Origin: Planctomycetota bacterium
GTDB taxonomy: Bacteria; Planctomycetota; UBA1135; UBA2386
Assembly (NCBI GenBank): GCA_965228735.1
Contig: OZ245838.1
Location: forward strand, 4,192,001 to 4,256,000
Direction of reading: 5' to 3'
Length of the DNA stretch: 64,000 nucleotides
Below are positions 17,486 through 27,400 of this stretch, one piece after another (the first letter of the stretch is position 1; each line of letters begins with the position of its first letter). The position numbers were made by a program, and so were the translations under genes. The notes below the pieces were generated by a model that was not told where the DNA came from, searched no databases, and saw nothing but the letters and a program-made list of their open reading frames with translations.

Positions 17486-18766
17486 TCAGCGGTTCTTGAG
17501 ATACCAGAGCTCGGCCTTGCGGATCACGCGTGAACTGTCGGCCGGCTCGAGCGCGGGGTCGTAGCCGAAGTCCTGCCCCGCGATCGCCGTCAGCGCCATC
17601 GCAGCCGCGCGCCGCTGGTTCTCGATCTTGCTCCGCAGCGCTTTCAGCACCTCGGGCAACGCCGCCTTGCCGCGCTTCTTCAGCTCGTCGGCGCACGCCT
17701 GCACGTGCTTCGGCTTGCTCATCGGCCCGATCGTCGGCAGCGTGACGATGCTCGGGGTGATGGGCCCTGGTTCCTTCTGGAACTTGCGCCGCAGGAACAG
17801 CACGGCGAACGACGTCGCCACCGCCGAACCGAGCCCCTTCGGCAGGTTGCGATCCTGTTCGCCGTGTTCGTCACCGCGCCAGCCGCCGCCCGTGAGCTGC
17901 TCGTCGACGAGCATGCGCGCGCCCGTCTCGTACCACGACTTGCCGCCGACCTCCTCGACGTCACAGAGGATCGCGGCGCGCTCGAGGCCGTAGTGGAAGT
18001 AGTAGCACCAGTGCGTCTCCGGATCGCCGATCGCCGCCGAGTTGACGTCGAAGTAGGCCCAGCTGCGTTCGAGCGCCGCATCGATCGACGAGCGATACTT
18101 GTTGCGGTCACCGAGCGCCTGGCGGCACACCGCGAGCACCGCGATGCCGGCCGCGGTCATCGACGCGTAGCCGGGAAACCCGCTGTTCTGCTTCTGGTAG
18201 CCGAAGCTGCCGTCCTCGTGCTGCTGCCGGAGCATGTTGCGCACGAGGTCGCTCCAGACCTTGCGCTTGATCTCGACCTGCATCGCGCGCGCGGCGCGCA
18301 GCCCGAGCGCCGCGTACTGCGTGTTGCTCAGGTCCCACTGACCCGTGTTGCGGCTGTAGCCGAAGCACCCGTCGTCGCGATGCCGGAGCAGCCGCTTCAC
18401 GTCGTCCGTGGCGATCTCGCGACGCTCCTTCACGTTCGGCAGCAGCTGGAGCACCATGAGTCGCAGCGCGATGTCGTAGGTCTGCACGCAGCGCGCGCTG
18501 ATGAGGCGGTCGACGGCCTTCTCGTAGATCGGCTCGCGCGTGTCGATCCCGTCATGCGTCGCCGCGAGCAGCACGAGCGCGAGCGAGCCGGCCCGAACGT
18601 GCGGGCCGTTGGCGTGGTCGAGGTGCTTCAGCAGCGCCGGTCGCGCGCTGTCGAGCGCGTGGTCGATGTCCGACTGCAGCGTGGCGGATTGCCCGCGCAA
18701 CCCGGCCCCCCCGAACGAGCCGGAACCACAGAACAGGAGGACGGTGCAGACGGCGGGACGGATCAT
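17486..18766 (-). CDS. Prenyltransferase/squalene oxidase repeat-containing secreted protein
   Basis: DLSNTQYAALGLRAA, QHEDGSFGY, SMTAAG, YYFHYGLERA, QLTGGGW, ATSFAVLFL. Confidence 0.85.
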   Translation of the reverse strand: MIRPAVCTVLLFCGSGSFGGAGLRGQSATLQSDIDHALDSARPALLKHLDHANGPHVRAGSLALVLLAATHDGIDTREPIYEKAVDRLISARCVQTYDIALRLMVLQLLPNVKERREIATDDVKRLLRHRDDGCFGYSRNTGQWDLSNTQYAALGLRAARAMQVEIKRKVWSDLVRNMLRQQHEDGSFGYQKQNSGFPGYASMTAAGIAVLAVCRQALGDRNKYRSSIDAALERSWAYFDVNSAAIGDPETHWCYYFHYGLERAAILCDVEEVGGKSWYETGARMLVDEQLTGGGWRGDEHGEQDRNLPKGLGSAVATSFAVLFLRRKFQKEPGPITPSIVTLPTIGPMSKPKHVQACADELKKRGKAALPEVLKALRSKIENQRRAAAMALTAIAGQDFGYDPALEPADSSRVIRKAELWYLKNR

Positions 18767-18867
18767 GCGCGTGCGAGAGGTCAGCGTATCGGGGAACCCC
18801 GGAGTCCGCCGGCCGTCAGGCCCGTTCTCGAGAATCCGCCGACGTCAGGCAGAGGCCGGATCCGACC

Positions 18868-20505
18868 CTACTGCGTGCGCAGGATCTGGCCCTTCTGCAC
18901 GAGCTGGCGCTCGAGCTCCGCGCAGGGCACGTCCTGCACGGCGCGGTCGAGGTCGATCGCGAGGCCGGCGGCGATCGCGGCAGATTGCCCGAGCACCATG
19001 AAGACGGGCTCCATCCGGATCGAGCCGAACGCGATGTGGGACGCGCTCACGGCAACCGGCACGAGCAGGTTGTCGGCGTGGCGCCGTTGCGGCTGGATCG
19101 CGCGGAACGGGATGCGATACGGCGCGGGCACGGGCACCTGCACGTCGCCTTCGTTCCGCACGTGGCCCTGGTCGTCGACGTAGCGCTGCACGTTGTGACT
19201 GTCCATCGTGTAGGCGCCGAGGCCGATCGGATCGTCCTCGACGATCTTCGACATGCAGTGCGCCTCGGTCACGACGACCTCGCCGACGAGGCGGCGACCC
19301 TCGCGGATGTAGAGCAGCGGCGGCCAATGATCGTGGTCGACGAACTCGTCCTTGCTGAGCCCGTAGCTCTGGAAGTGCTCGCGAATCGCCGCCGGCACGC
19401 GCTCATGGTTCGCGAGCGTCCACATCAGCCCCTCTTGATAGCGCCGATGCTCGGCCACGATCGCCGCCCGCTCCTCGTAGCTCGCGAGCGGGTAGTTCCA
19501 GTTCTTGCCGATGTAGTCGGTCGACACCGCGCGGTTGTTGTTGCTGTCCGTCTTGCGGTTGGGCATCCGCACGGGATGCCACGGCGCGACCTTCGCGCCC
19601 GCCTCGAAGTGCCGCAGCAGCAGCTCGTACTCGCGTTCGTCGTAGCCCGCGGGCCTGCGCCACGGCACCTGGTTGTCGGGATCGTCGGTCGCGCAGAGTC
19701 GAAAGCAGTAGGCCTGCACGCGCGCATCCGCCGCACCTTCTTCGCCCGGGCCGTCCGGATCGATGCCCGGCAGCAAGCCGCTGCTCGGATCGCCCGCGAC
19801 GACGTACGGATCGACGGGCGCGACGAACTGGTGCTTGGTCGCGTTCTTGACCTGCACGCCGTTGAGCGTCTCGCCGTACTTCGCGTTCGCCTCGCGCCCG
19901 ACCGTGAACTCGCAACCCGCGGTATCGAGCAGGTCGCCTTCGTAGGTGCAGTCGAGGAACACGCGCGCCTCGATCGTCGTGCCGGCGGCGCTGGTGATCG
20001 CGATGATGCGCGCGCCGTCCTTGAGCACGCCGCGACGCCGCTGCAGCTTGAACGGCATCGGCTCGATCCCTGCCTCCTCGAGCATCGCGGCGAACGTCGC
20101 GCTCGCCACGCTCGGCTCGAACGTCCACGCGGCGTCCTCACCAGGCCGATGACCACGACCCTTGAAGTCGGCGCGGCGCTGCCGGGTCCACGCTTCGTGG
20201 CGGTCGTAGTGCCGCCGCAAACGGCGATAGAACTCGCGCGACATGCCGCCGATCGCCGCCTTGTTGCCCACGTCGGTCGCGCCGAGACCCGACGTCGTGA
20301 GACCGCCGATCCAGTCGTCGCAGTCGAGCAGGACGACGGTGCGGCCCTGCGACTTCGCCTCGATCGCTGCGATGATGCCCGCGGACGTCGCGCCGTAGAC
20401 GCAGACATCGACCACGACGAAGCGCGGGCCGCTGAACGCGTTGCAGGCGGCGAGGAGCAGAAGGGCAATTGTCCAAAGGAGCGGTCTGGCTACGGCGAAG
20501 CTCAT
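18868..20505 (-). CDS. FAD-dependent oxidoreductase (probable lipoprotein)
   Basis: DVCVYGATSAGIIAA, IGGLTTSGLG, DCTYEGDL, YIREGRR, SASHIAFGSIRMEPVFM. Confidence 0.9.
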   Translation of the reverse strand: MSFAVARPLLWTIALLLLAACNAFSGPRFVVVDVCVYGATSAGIIAAIEAKSQGRTVVLLDCDDWIGGLTTSGLGATDVGNKAAIGGMSREFYRRLRRHYDRHEAWTRQRRADFKGRGHRPGEDAAWTFEPSVASATFAAMLEEAGIEPMPFKLQRRRGVLKDGARIIAITSAAGTTIEARVFLDCTYEGDLLDTAGCEFTVGREANAKYGETLNGVQVKNATKHQFVAPVDPYVVAGDPSSGLLPGIDPDGPGEEGAADARVQAYCFRLCATDDPDNQVPWRRPAGYDEREYELLLRHFEAGAKVAPWHPVRMPNRKTDSNNNRAVSTDYIGKNWNYPLASYEERAAIVAEHRRYQEGLMWTLANHERVPAAIREHFQSYGLSKDEFVDHDHWPPLLYIREGRRLVGEVVVTEAHCMSKIVEDDPIGLGAYTMDSHNVQRYVDDQGHVRNEGDVQVPVPAPYRIPFRAIQPQRRHADNLLVPVAVSASHIAFGSIRMEPVFMVLGQSAAIAAGLAIDLDRAVQDVPCAELERQLVQKGQILRTQ

Positions 20506-20523
20506 GCCCTACTCATCGCACAA

Positions 20524-21423
20524 ATGCGCATCGCAATCACCGGAGCTTCGGGATTCGTGGGTTCGCGTCTCGTCGAGCAGCTGCGCGAGCGCGGCGACGA
20601 GCCCGTCCCGCTCGTGCGCGAGCGCGCGGACCGCACGGTCCCCGCGGGCAGCGCGCGCTGGGACACCGAGACCGGCGAGCTCGATCGCGACGCGCTCGGT
20701 GAGATCGACGCCGTCGTGCACCTCGCCGGCGAGAACGTTGCCGCGGGGCGCTGGTCCGACGCCCGCAAGCAGCGCATCCGCGACAGCCGGGGTCCGGTCA
20801 CGACCGCGCTCTGCCGGACGCTGGCCGCGCTCGAGCCGCGACCCCGCGTGCTCGTGAGCGCGTCCGCGATCGGGATCTACGGCGACCGCGGCGACGAGGT
20901 GCTGCACGAGGACAGCACGCTCGGCCAAGGCTTCCTCGCCGATGTCGCTCGCGAGTGGGAAGCGGGCACCGAGGGCGCGGCCGCCGCCGGCATCCGGGTC
21001 GTCAACCTGCGCATCGGCCTCGTGATGGATCCGAGCGGCGGCGCGCTCGGCAAGATGCTCCTGCCGTTCAAACTCGGCGTCGGCGGCCGCCTCGGCTCGG
21101 GCAGTCAATGGATGAGCTGGATCACGCGGAACGACCTGGTCCGCGCCATCGCGTTCGCCATCGACCGCGATCGAGTGGCGGGCCCGGTCCTCGGCGTCGC
21201 GCCGAACCCGGTCACGAACCTCCAGTTCACCAAGACTCTCGGCCGCGTGCTCCGTCGCCCGACGATCCTCCCGGTGCCGGCGTTCGGCCTCCGCCTGCTC
21301 TTCGGCGAGATGGCGGACGCCGCCCTGCTCGCGAGCCAGCGCGCCGAACCCCACCGTCTCCGCGACGCCGGCTTCGAGTTCGACGACCCCGAACTCGAAC
21401 CCGCGCTGCGCTCGATGCTGTAG
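20524..21423 (+). CDS. TIGR01777/YfcH-family NAD-dependent epimerase
   Basis: MRIAITGASGFVG, VHLAGENVAAGRW, SASAIGIYG, GRLGSGSQWMSWI. Confidence 0.93.
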   Translation: MRIAITGASGFVGSRLVEQLRERGDEPVPLVRERADRTVPAGSARWDTETGELDRDALGEIDAVVHLAGENVAAGRWSDARKQRIRDSRGPVTTALCRTLAALEPRPRVLVSASAIGIYGDRGDEVLHEDSTLGQGFLADVAREWEAGTEGAAAAGIRVVNLRIGLVMDPSGGALGKMLLPFKLGVGGRLGSGSQWMSWITRNDLVRAIAFAIDRDRVAGPVLGVAPNPVTNLQFTKTLGRVLRRPTILPVPAFGLRLLFGEMADAALLASQRAEPHRLRDAGFEFDDPELEPALRSML

Positions 21424-21428
21424 ATCGG

Positions 21429-21526
21429 ACCCGTACGGAACCAGGTTCACGCTGCCGGCCGCGGTTGACCCTCCCTTGCGGTTGGCGTGCCGGCGGCCGG
21501 CAGCATGAACCTGGTTCCGTACGGGT
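21429..21526. repeat. 34-bp inverted repeat pair (second REP-like family)
   Basis: ACCCGTACGGAACCAGGTTCACGCTGCCGGCCGC (21429-21462) and its reverse complement with 1 mismatch (21493-21526); 30-nt spacer. Confidence 0.85.
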
Positions 21527-21571
21527 TTCGGCGGGAACCGGGGCGCGGGGTTCGCGTCGAGGCAGGGAGCC

Positions 21572-22825
21572 ATGAAGCACCCTGTCCAATTCTTCCTGGG
21601 TCTGACCCTCTTCTGCGGCGCCGTGCTCGAGCTCGCCAGCCCGCTCGCCGCGCAGCAACGCCGCCTCTCCGCCGACGAGCAGCAGCTCGTCCAAGCACTC
21701 GATCACTTCGCGACCGCGTTGCACGGCGAACTGATGCCAGACGGCGAGAACGTGTCGTGGTCGCCCGCGAGCATCGGGCTCGCGCTGCTCATGCTGCAGC
21801 CGGGGGCGCGCGGCGAGACGGCGGAGCAGATCGCCGACGTGTTGCACCTCCCCGCGGAGCTGCGCGGGGACGCGCTCCATACCGCCGTTGCGAAGTTGCT
21901 CGAACAGACGCTGTCGACGGGCAGCGCGGGCGACGAGACGGTGCCGCAGATCCGCATCGCGAACGACTTCTGGGGGCAGAGCGAGCACCCGTTCGTGCGG
22001 GACTACGTGCGGCTGCTCGAAGGCCCGTTCCGCGCCGGCATCCACGCCGTCGACTTCGCGCAGGATCCCGAGGCCGTTCGCCGACGCATCAACCGCCACA
22101 TCGAAGAAGTCACCAACCGTCACATCGAGGAGCTCGTTCCGAGTGGCGCGATGAGCCGCCAGACGCGCGCCATCATCAGCAACGCGCTCTGGTATCGCGG
22201 TCGCTGGCTCGACGACTTCCACCGCCCCAAGCGCCGCTACGACTTCCACGTCACGCCCGAGCGCACGGTGCAGGCGTCGTTCATCCAGAAGCAGAGCACG
22301 TTCTGGTATCGCGAGACCGACTCGCTGCAGGCCGTGCAGATCCCCCTCGACGATCGTGCCATGGCGTTCGAGATCGTGCTGCCGAAACCCGGCCACGACC
22401 TCGCGGTCGCGACGAAGGCGCTCGTGCAAGGTGACGCCAAACTGTGGCAGGGCCGCGAAGCCGTGCCCGTGTTCGTCGCGTTGCCGCCGTTCAAGATCGA
22501 ATCGCGCACGCGGCTCGAACGACCGCTCCGCAAGCTCGGCCTCCACGCCGCGTTCGACCCCGGCCGCGCCGACTTCGGCGGCATCGACGAGAGCGACCCG
22601 CTCTTCATCGACGACATGCTGCACGGCGCAATGGTGCGGGTCGACGAGCACGGCGTCGAAGCGGCGGCCGCGACGGTCTCGATCCTGCGCGCTGGCGCCG
22701 CGGCCCGACCGCAGGAGCCGAAGACGCTGCGCGCCGACCGCCCGTTCGCATTCGGCATCCGCGATCGCCGCACCGGGCTGCTGCTGTTCTGCGGTCAGCT
22801 CGTGACGCCGACGCGCGGGGTCTGA
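21572..22825 (+). CDS. Secreted serpin (serine protease inhibitor)
   Basis: Signal peptide, NVSWSPASI, GARGETAEQI, NALWYRGRW, LPPFKI, hinge DEHGVEAAAAT, signature RADRPFAFGI. Confidence 0.95.
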   Translation: MKHPVQFFLGLTLFCGAVLELASPLAAQQRRLSADEQQLVQALDHFATALHGELMPDGENVSWSPASIGLALLMLQPGARGETAEQIADVLHLPAELRGDALHTAVAKLLEQTLSTGSAGDETVPQIRIANDFWGQSEHPFVRDYVRLLEGPFRAGIHAVDFAQDPEAVRRRINRHIEEVTNRHIEELVPSGAMSRQTRAIISNALWYRGRWLDDFHRPKRRYDFHVTPERTVQASFIQKQSTFWYRETDSLQAVQIPLDDRAMAFEIVLPKPGHDLAVATKALVQGDAKLWQGREAVPVFVALPPFKIESRTRLERPLRKLGLHAAFDPGRADFGGIDESDPLFIDDMLHGAMVRVDEHGVEAAAATVSILRAGAAARPQEPKTLRADRPFAFGIRDRRTGLLLFCGQLVTPTRGV

Positions 22826-22871
22826 GAGCCGGGCCGGCAGGCGAGGGGCTGCGTTCCGATCGATAGCGGCA

Positions 22872-23007
22872 TGCACGATCGTGCAGATCAGGCCCCGTTC
22901 GGCACCAGAATCCGACCGACGGGCGCTGTGCCTGCACGATCATGCATAAATCGGGTTGAGAATGGCTAGGAGCGGCCCGATAGTGCCGCTCGATGCACGA
23001 TCATGCA
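22872..23007 (+). promoter_or_regulatory. hipBA promoter/operator region: three palindromic operators plus a sigma70-like promoter
   Basis: TGCACGATCGTGCA (22872-22885), TGCACGATCATGCA (22933-22946 and 22994-23007); TTGAGA(22956)-N17-GATAGT(22979). Confidence 0.8.
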
Positions 23008-23241
23008 TTCCACGAACGCCTGGCTCGCACCGTCCGCGATCGCCGCGAAGCGCTCGGACTCCGCCAGGTCGAACTCGCGGAGCTCGCCGCGTGCTCGACC
23101 CGCTTCGTGCACACGCTCGAGAACGGCAAGGGCACGGTCCGGCTCGACAAGCTGCTTGCCGTTCTCGACGCCCTCGGGCTCGAGCTCTCGGTGGCCCGCG
23201 GCGCCGGACCAGCCGCGAACCCGCATGGAGTTCGCCCGTGA
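22993..23241 (+). CDS. hipB: XRE-family HTH antitoxin (HipB-like)
   Basis: VRDRREALGLRQVELAELAACSTRFVHTLENGKGTVRLDKLLAVLDALGL; overlaps the toxin start. Confidence 0.9.
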   Translation: MHDHAFHERLARTVRDRREALGLRQVELAELAACSTRFVHTLENGKGTVRLDKLLAVLDALGLELSVARGAGPAANPHGVRP

Positions 23242-24449
23242 GCGGCATCGATCTGCGACAGGTCGACCTCGCCGTCGTCGACAAGGCGGGTCAGCCGGCC
23301 GCAACGCTGCAACGCGACCCGCGCGGTGTCGTGTTCGCATACCGCCCCGACTACGCGGGCCCGGCGGTTGCGAGCACCCTGCCACTCACGCCCGAACCGA
23401 CACTCACTCCGGGCGGCGGGCTGCCACCGTTCTTCAGCGGACTCTTGCCCGAAGGGCGCCGACTCGCCGCGATCCGTCGCGCCGTGAAAACTTCCGCCGA
23501 CGACGAACTGACCCTGCTGCTCGCGGTCGGTGACGACGCGATCGGCGACGTGCGTATTCGCGCCGACGGTCCTCACGCCACGCCCGAGTCACCGACGACG
23601 GCCCCCGATCTCGAAGAGGTGACGTTCGCCGAGCTCTACGGCGATCTGCTCGCGGCCAGCCGGCAGGATCGCGTCGCCATCGCCGGCGCGCAGGACAAGG
23701 TGTCTGGTCAGATGATCTCGCTGCCGGTCCGGCATCACGGCGCCGCGTGGATCCTCAAACTCGACCCACCGAACGTGCCGCACCTCGTGGAGAACGAGGC
23801 GTTCTTCCTGCGTGCCGCCCGGGCATCGGGGCTCACGGTCGCGCCCGCCGAGGTCATCCGCGATCGTGCCGGTCAGCCAGGATTACTCGTCCGCCGCTTC
23901 GACCGGCTGCCGGGCGAGAACGGCCTCGACCCGCTCGCGCAAGAAGACGCGCTGCAAGCACTCGGTCGCTACCCGGCCGACAAGTATCGCGTCACGACCG
24001 AGGACGTCATCGATGGCCTCACCCGACTCACCGCCGCGCCCGCGGTCGCAGCTCGCGATCTGCTGCGGCAATTCGCGTTCGCCTATCTCACCGGGAACGG
24101 CGACCTCCACGGCAAGAACGTTTCGGTCCTGCAGTCCGATGGCGAATGGCGCGTCAGCCCGGCGTACGACCTGCCGAGCTCGCAGCCCTATGGGGACCAG
24201 ACGATGGCGCTGACGATCGGCGGCAAGGACCGTGAGGACCTCGGCCGCGCCGACTTCGTGGCGCTCGGCGAACGCAGCGGAGTCCCGCCCAAAGCGACCA
24301 TGCGCGTGCTCGACGACCTGCTGCGGGCGATGCCGCGATGGCACGGACAGCTCGACGAACTGCCGTTCGACGAACGAACGATCCACAAGCTGAGAAAGGC
24401 GAGTGCGTACCGCGCCGAGCGACTGCGCGCTTCCGACGGGCCCGACTAG
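23238..24449 (+). CDS. hipA: HipA-family kinase toxin
   Basis: GTGA overlap; N-terminal LPPFFSGLLPEG, IAGAQDK, ENE, LVRRFDR, QED, GNGDLHGKN, SPAYDL. Confidence 0.93.
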   Translation: MSGIDLRQVDLAVVDKAGQPAATLQRDPRGVVFAYRPDYAGPAVASTLPLTPEPTLTPGGGLPPFFSGLLPEGRRLAAIRRAVKTSADDELTLLLAVGDDAIGDVRIRADGPHATPESPTTAPDLEEVTFAELYGDLLAASRQDRVAIAGAQDKVSGQMISLPVRHHGAAWILKLDPPNVPHLVENEAFFLRAARASGLTVAPAEVIRDRAGQPGLLVRRFDRLPGENGLDPLAQEDALQALGRYPADKYRVTTEDVIDGLTRLTAAPAVAARDLLRQFAFAYLTGNGDLHGKNVSVLQSDGEWRVSPAYDLPSSQPYGDQTMALTIGGKDREDLGRADFVALGERSGVPPKATMRVLDDLLRAMPRWHGQLDELPFDERTIHKLRKASAYRAERLRASDGPD

Positions 24450-24462
24450 AATCCGCACTCGG

Positions 24463-27400
24463 ATGGCCGACGAACCGAGTGCGCCCGACGGATCACCCGA
24501 GCAGATCGAAGAGCTGCTCGGCCCGGTCCTCGACTGCCCCGCCGGCGATCAGGATCGGGCGCTCGCAGAACTGGCTGCGGCACACCCTGCACTCGCCGAC
24601 GAGCTGCGGTCGCGGTTCGAGCAGTACCGTGAGCTGCTCCACGCCGTGCCACCCGAGCGGCGCCCGATCGACGGTCGTTTCGGCGAGTTCGAACTCGTTC
24701 GTGAGCTCGGACGCGGCGGCATGGGCGTCGTCTACCTCGCCCGCCAGGAACGAGCCGGTCGCGACCGACTCGTGGCACTCAAAGTCGTGCGCGGCCATCG
24801 GCTCCTGTCGGACTCCGCACGCGAACGACTGCACCGCGAAGCGGCGGTGGCGTTCCGGCTCGACGACCCCGGCATCTGCCCGGTCTTCGATGTCGGCGAC
24901 GTCGACGGGGTGCCGTGGCTGTCGATGCGATACGTCGAAGGCCGCACGCTTGCCGAGCACGTCGCCGATGCGAATCGGCTCGGCGCCCTCGATCTGCCGT
25001 TCGCGGCGCTCCGCTCCAACGACGACGAGTCCACGACCACGGGTTCGAGCTCGACCGGGCACCGCTACGCCGCGGTCCTGATGCTCGGCGAACGCCTGGC
25101 GAGGGCGCTGCACACCGCGCACCAGGCCGGCTTCGTCCATCGCGATGTGAAGCCGGGCAACGTGATGATCACACCACAGGGGCAGCCCGTGCTCCTCGAC
25201 TTCGGGCTCGTGCTCGAGTCCAGCGAGACCCACGCGTTGACGGCCACGGGTGAGCTCCTCGGCACTCCGGCCTACATGGCGCCCGAGCAGGTCGAAGGCC
25301 GGGGGCCCGTCGGCCCCGCGGCAGACGTCTACTCGCTCGCCGCAACGCTGTTCGAGGCGATCGCGTTGCGTCGGCCGTTCGAGGGCAGTACCCGAGCCGA
25401 ACTCTTCGCCAACATCCTGCAGCAACCGCGCCCCGACCTGCGGCGGTTCGCGCCCGGCATCTCACGCGATCTGCACCTCGTGTTCCGTACGGCGATGGCG
25501 CGCGAGCCCGAGCAGCGCTACGTCACGGCCCTCGACTTCGCGATGGAGCTTCGCAGGGTGCGGCGCCGCGAGCCGATCGTCACCCGGCCACCGAGCCTCA
25601 CGCACCGCATGGGACTCTGGGCCGGGCGCAACCGCCTTGCCGCCACCCTGCTCGTGAGCCTCGTCGTCGCACTCGGTCTCGCGCTCGCGTCGCTCGGCAA
25701 AGCCATCAACGCCACCGCCGACGCGCAACGCAATCTCGCCGGCGCGCGCCAGGCCGTGGCCGAGCTCGTGCGCGTCCAGCACGAAGAACTCAGCGACGTG
25801 CCCGGCCTCGGACCCCTGCGGCGCGACATGCAAGAACGGGCGCTCGCGTTGCTGCGCGACGTGCGCGCGACCGCAGGTGACGACCCAGCGTTGGCCTTCG
25901 ACAATGCCGAGGCCCTCATCCTCGGCGCAAAGCTCGAACTCGCCCTCGGGCGCCCCGAGACGAGCGCCGCCATGCAGCGCGAATCGTGGCCGTTCGTCCG
26001 CGATCTCGGTGACTCGACCGCAGCCCGATCCGTGCGCGGGTACTGGTGGTTCGTCGAAGGTGAACGCGAAGAACGCGCCGGGCGAGTCGAGCCAGCCATC
26101 ACGGCCTACCAGGCCGCGATCGCCGAGCTCACGAGCGGCGCGGCACCGCTCACGGATCGCCTGCGCGCCATCCGAGCGCTGACCCAGATCGGCGACATGC
26201 ACGAACGCCAGAGTGATCGCGACCGCGCGATCGCGGCCGTGACCCGCGCCATCGAGCTCGGTGAGGGCATGCCTCTGGAGTCGAACGCGTCAGCGATCAC
26301 GGTGCTCGCCGGAGCTCTGCGACAACGCTCGGAGTTGTACCGCGAGTCGGACCGGCTAGCCGAGGCCGAAGCCGACCTCATTGCTGCGACCACCGCCGTC
26401 CGCGCTCTACTCGGTGCCGGCCACGGCTCGCGCCACGCGCGCTATCGGCTGTCGGATTGTCTGATCTCGCATGCGACACTCCTGCGCCGCCTCGGGCGCG
26501 ACGCGGAACGGCGCACGTTGCTCGCCGAAGCGGTAGACGTGCTCGAGAGCCTGGCCGCGTCGTTTCCGAGCATGGCGAGCTATCGCGGATCCCTCGCCGT
26601 CGCTCTGAACAATCGCGCCGCGCAGCTCGCAGCCGACGGGGAACCGGAAGCAGCGCGTGCATCGCTGCGGCGCGCGATCGCGGTCCTGTCGCGACTGCTC
26701 GAAGAATCGCCCGAGAACGTCCGCTACCGCGCAACCCTCGCGCAATCACACTTCAACCTCGGCAACCGCCTGCGGGCCGATCGAGCGGCAGCTCGGCCGC
26801 ACTTCCGGGCTGCGCTCGCGGAGATCGACCGGGTGATCGAGCAGCAACCCGCCTTCGCTCGCCATTTCGAGTTCGCGGCCCGCATGGCGATGAACCTCGC
26901 GATCGGGCATGCCATCGACGGCGATTCCGAAGCGGCGGCAGCCTTCGCGCGAGCGCGCGGCTACGCCGAGACCGTCCTGCAACTGCGCCCCAACGATCAA
27001 CGCACCATGGGAATGCGCGGGCTGTTGCTGTTCAACGAGGGCGCGTTCCGGTCCGACCACGGCGACTTCGCGGCCGCGCAACCCCTACTCGAAGAGGCCG
27101 TGGCGCAGGCCCACGTGTGCTTCGAGGCGGCGCCCGGCAACGCTCGGCGAGCCAGCGATCTCGTGCGCTGGAGCACCCGCTGTGCGCAGATCGCCGAGTT
27201 GAACGACGGCCAGGGCCAGGATGGTACGGGCGCCTGGACCGCGGCGGACGCGTCCTGGCAACGGCTGCCAGAACCGTTGCAACAGCGCCTCATGCGATCG
27301 CCGGACACTGCGCTCGCGCGTTTGGCCGTCGAACGGGCACTGCTCGCACAGCGGGCCGCGAACGGCGACCCGACCGTGGACGCAGAACTCGCGCGCATCA

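Noticed and set aside
17486..18766. Squalene-hopene cyclase partner for hpnCDE
   Set aside because: Too short, has a signal peptide and lacks the DXDD motif; a generic prenyltransferase-repeat protein
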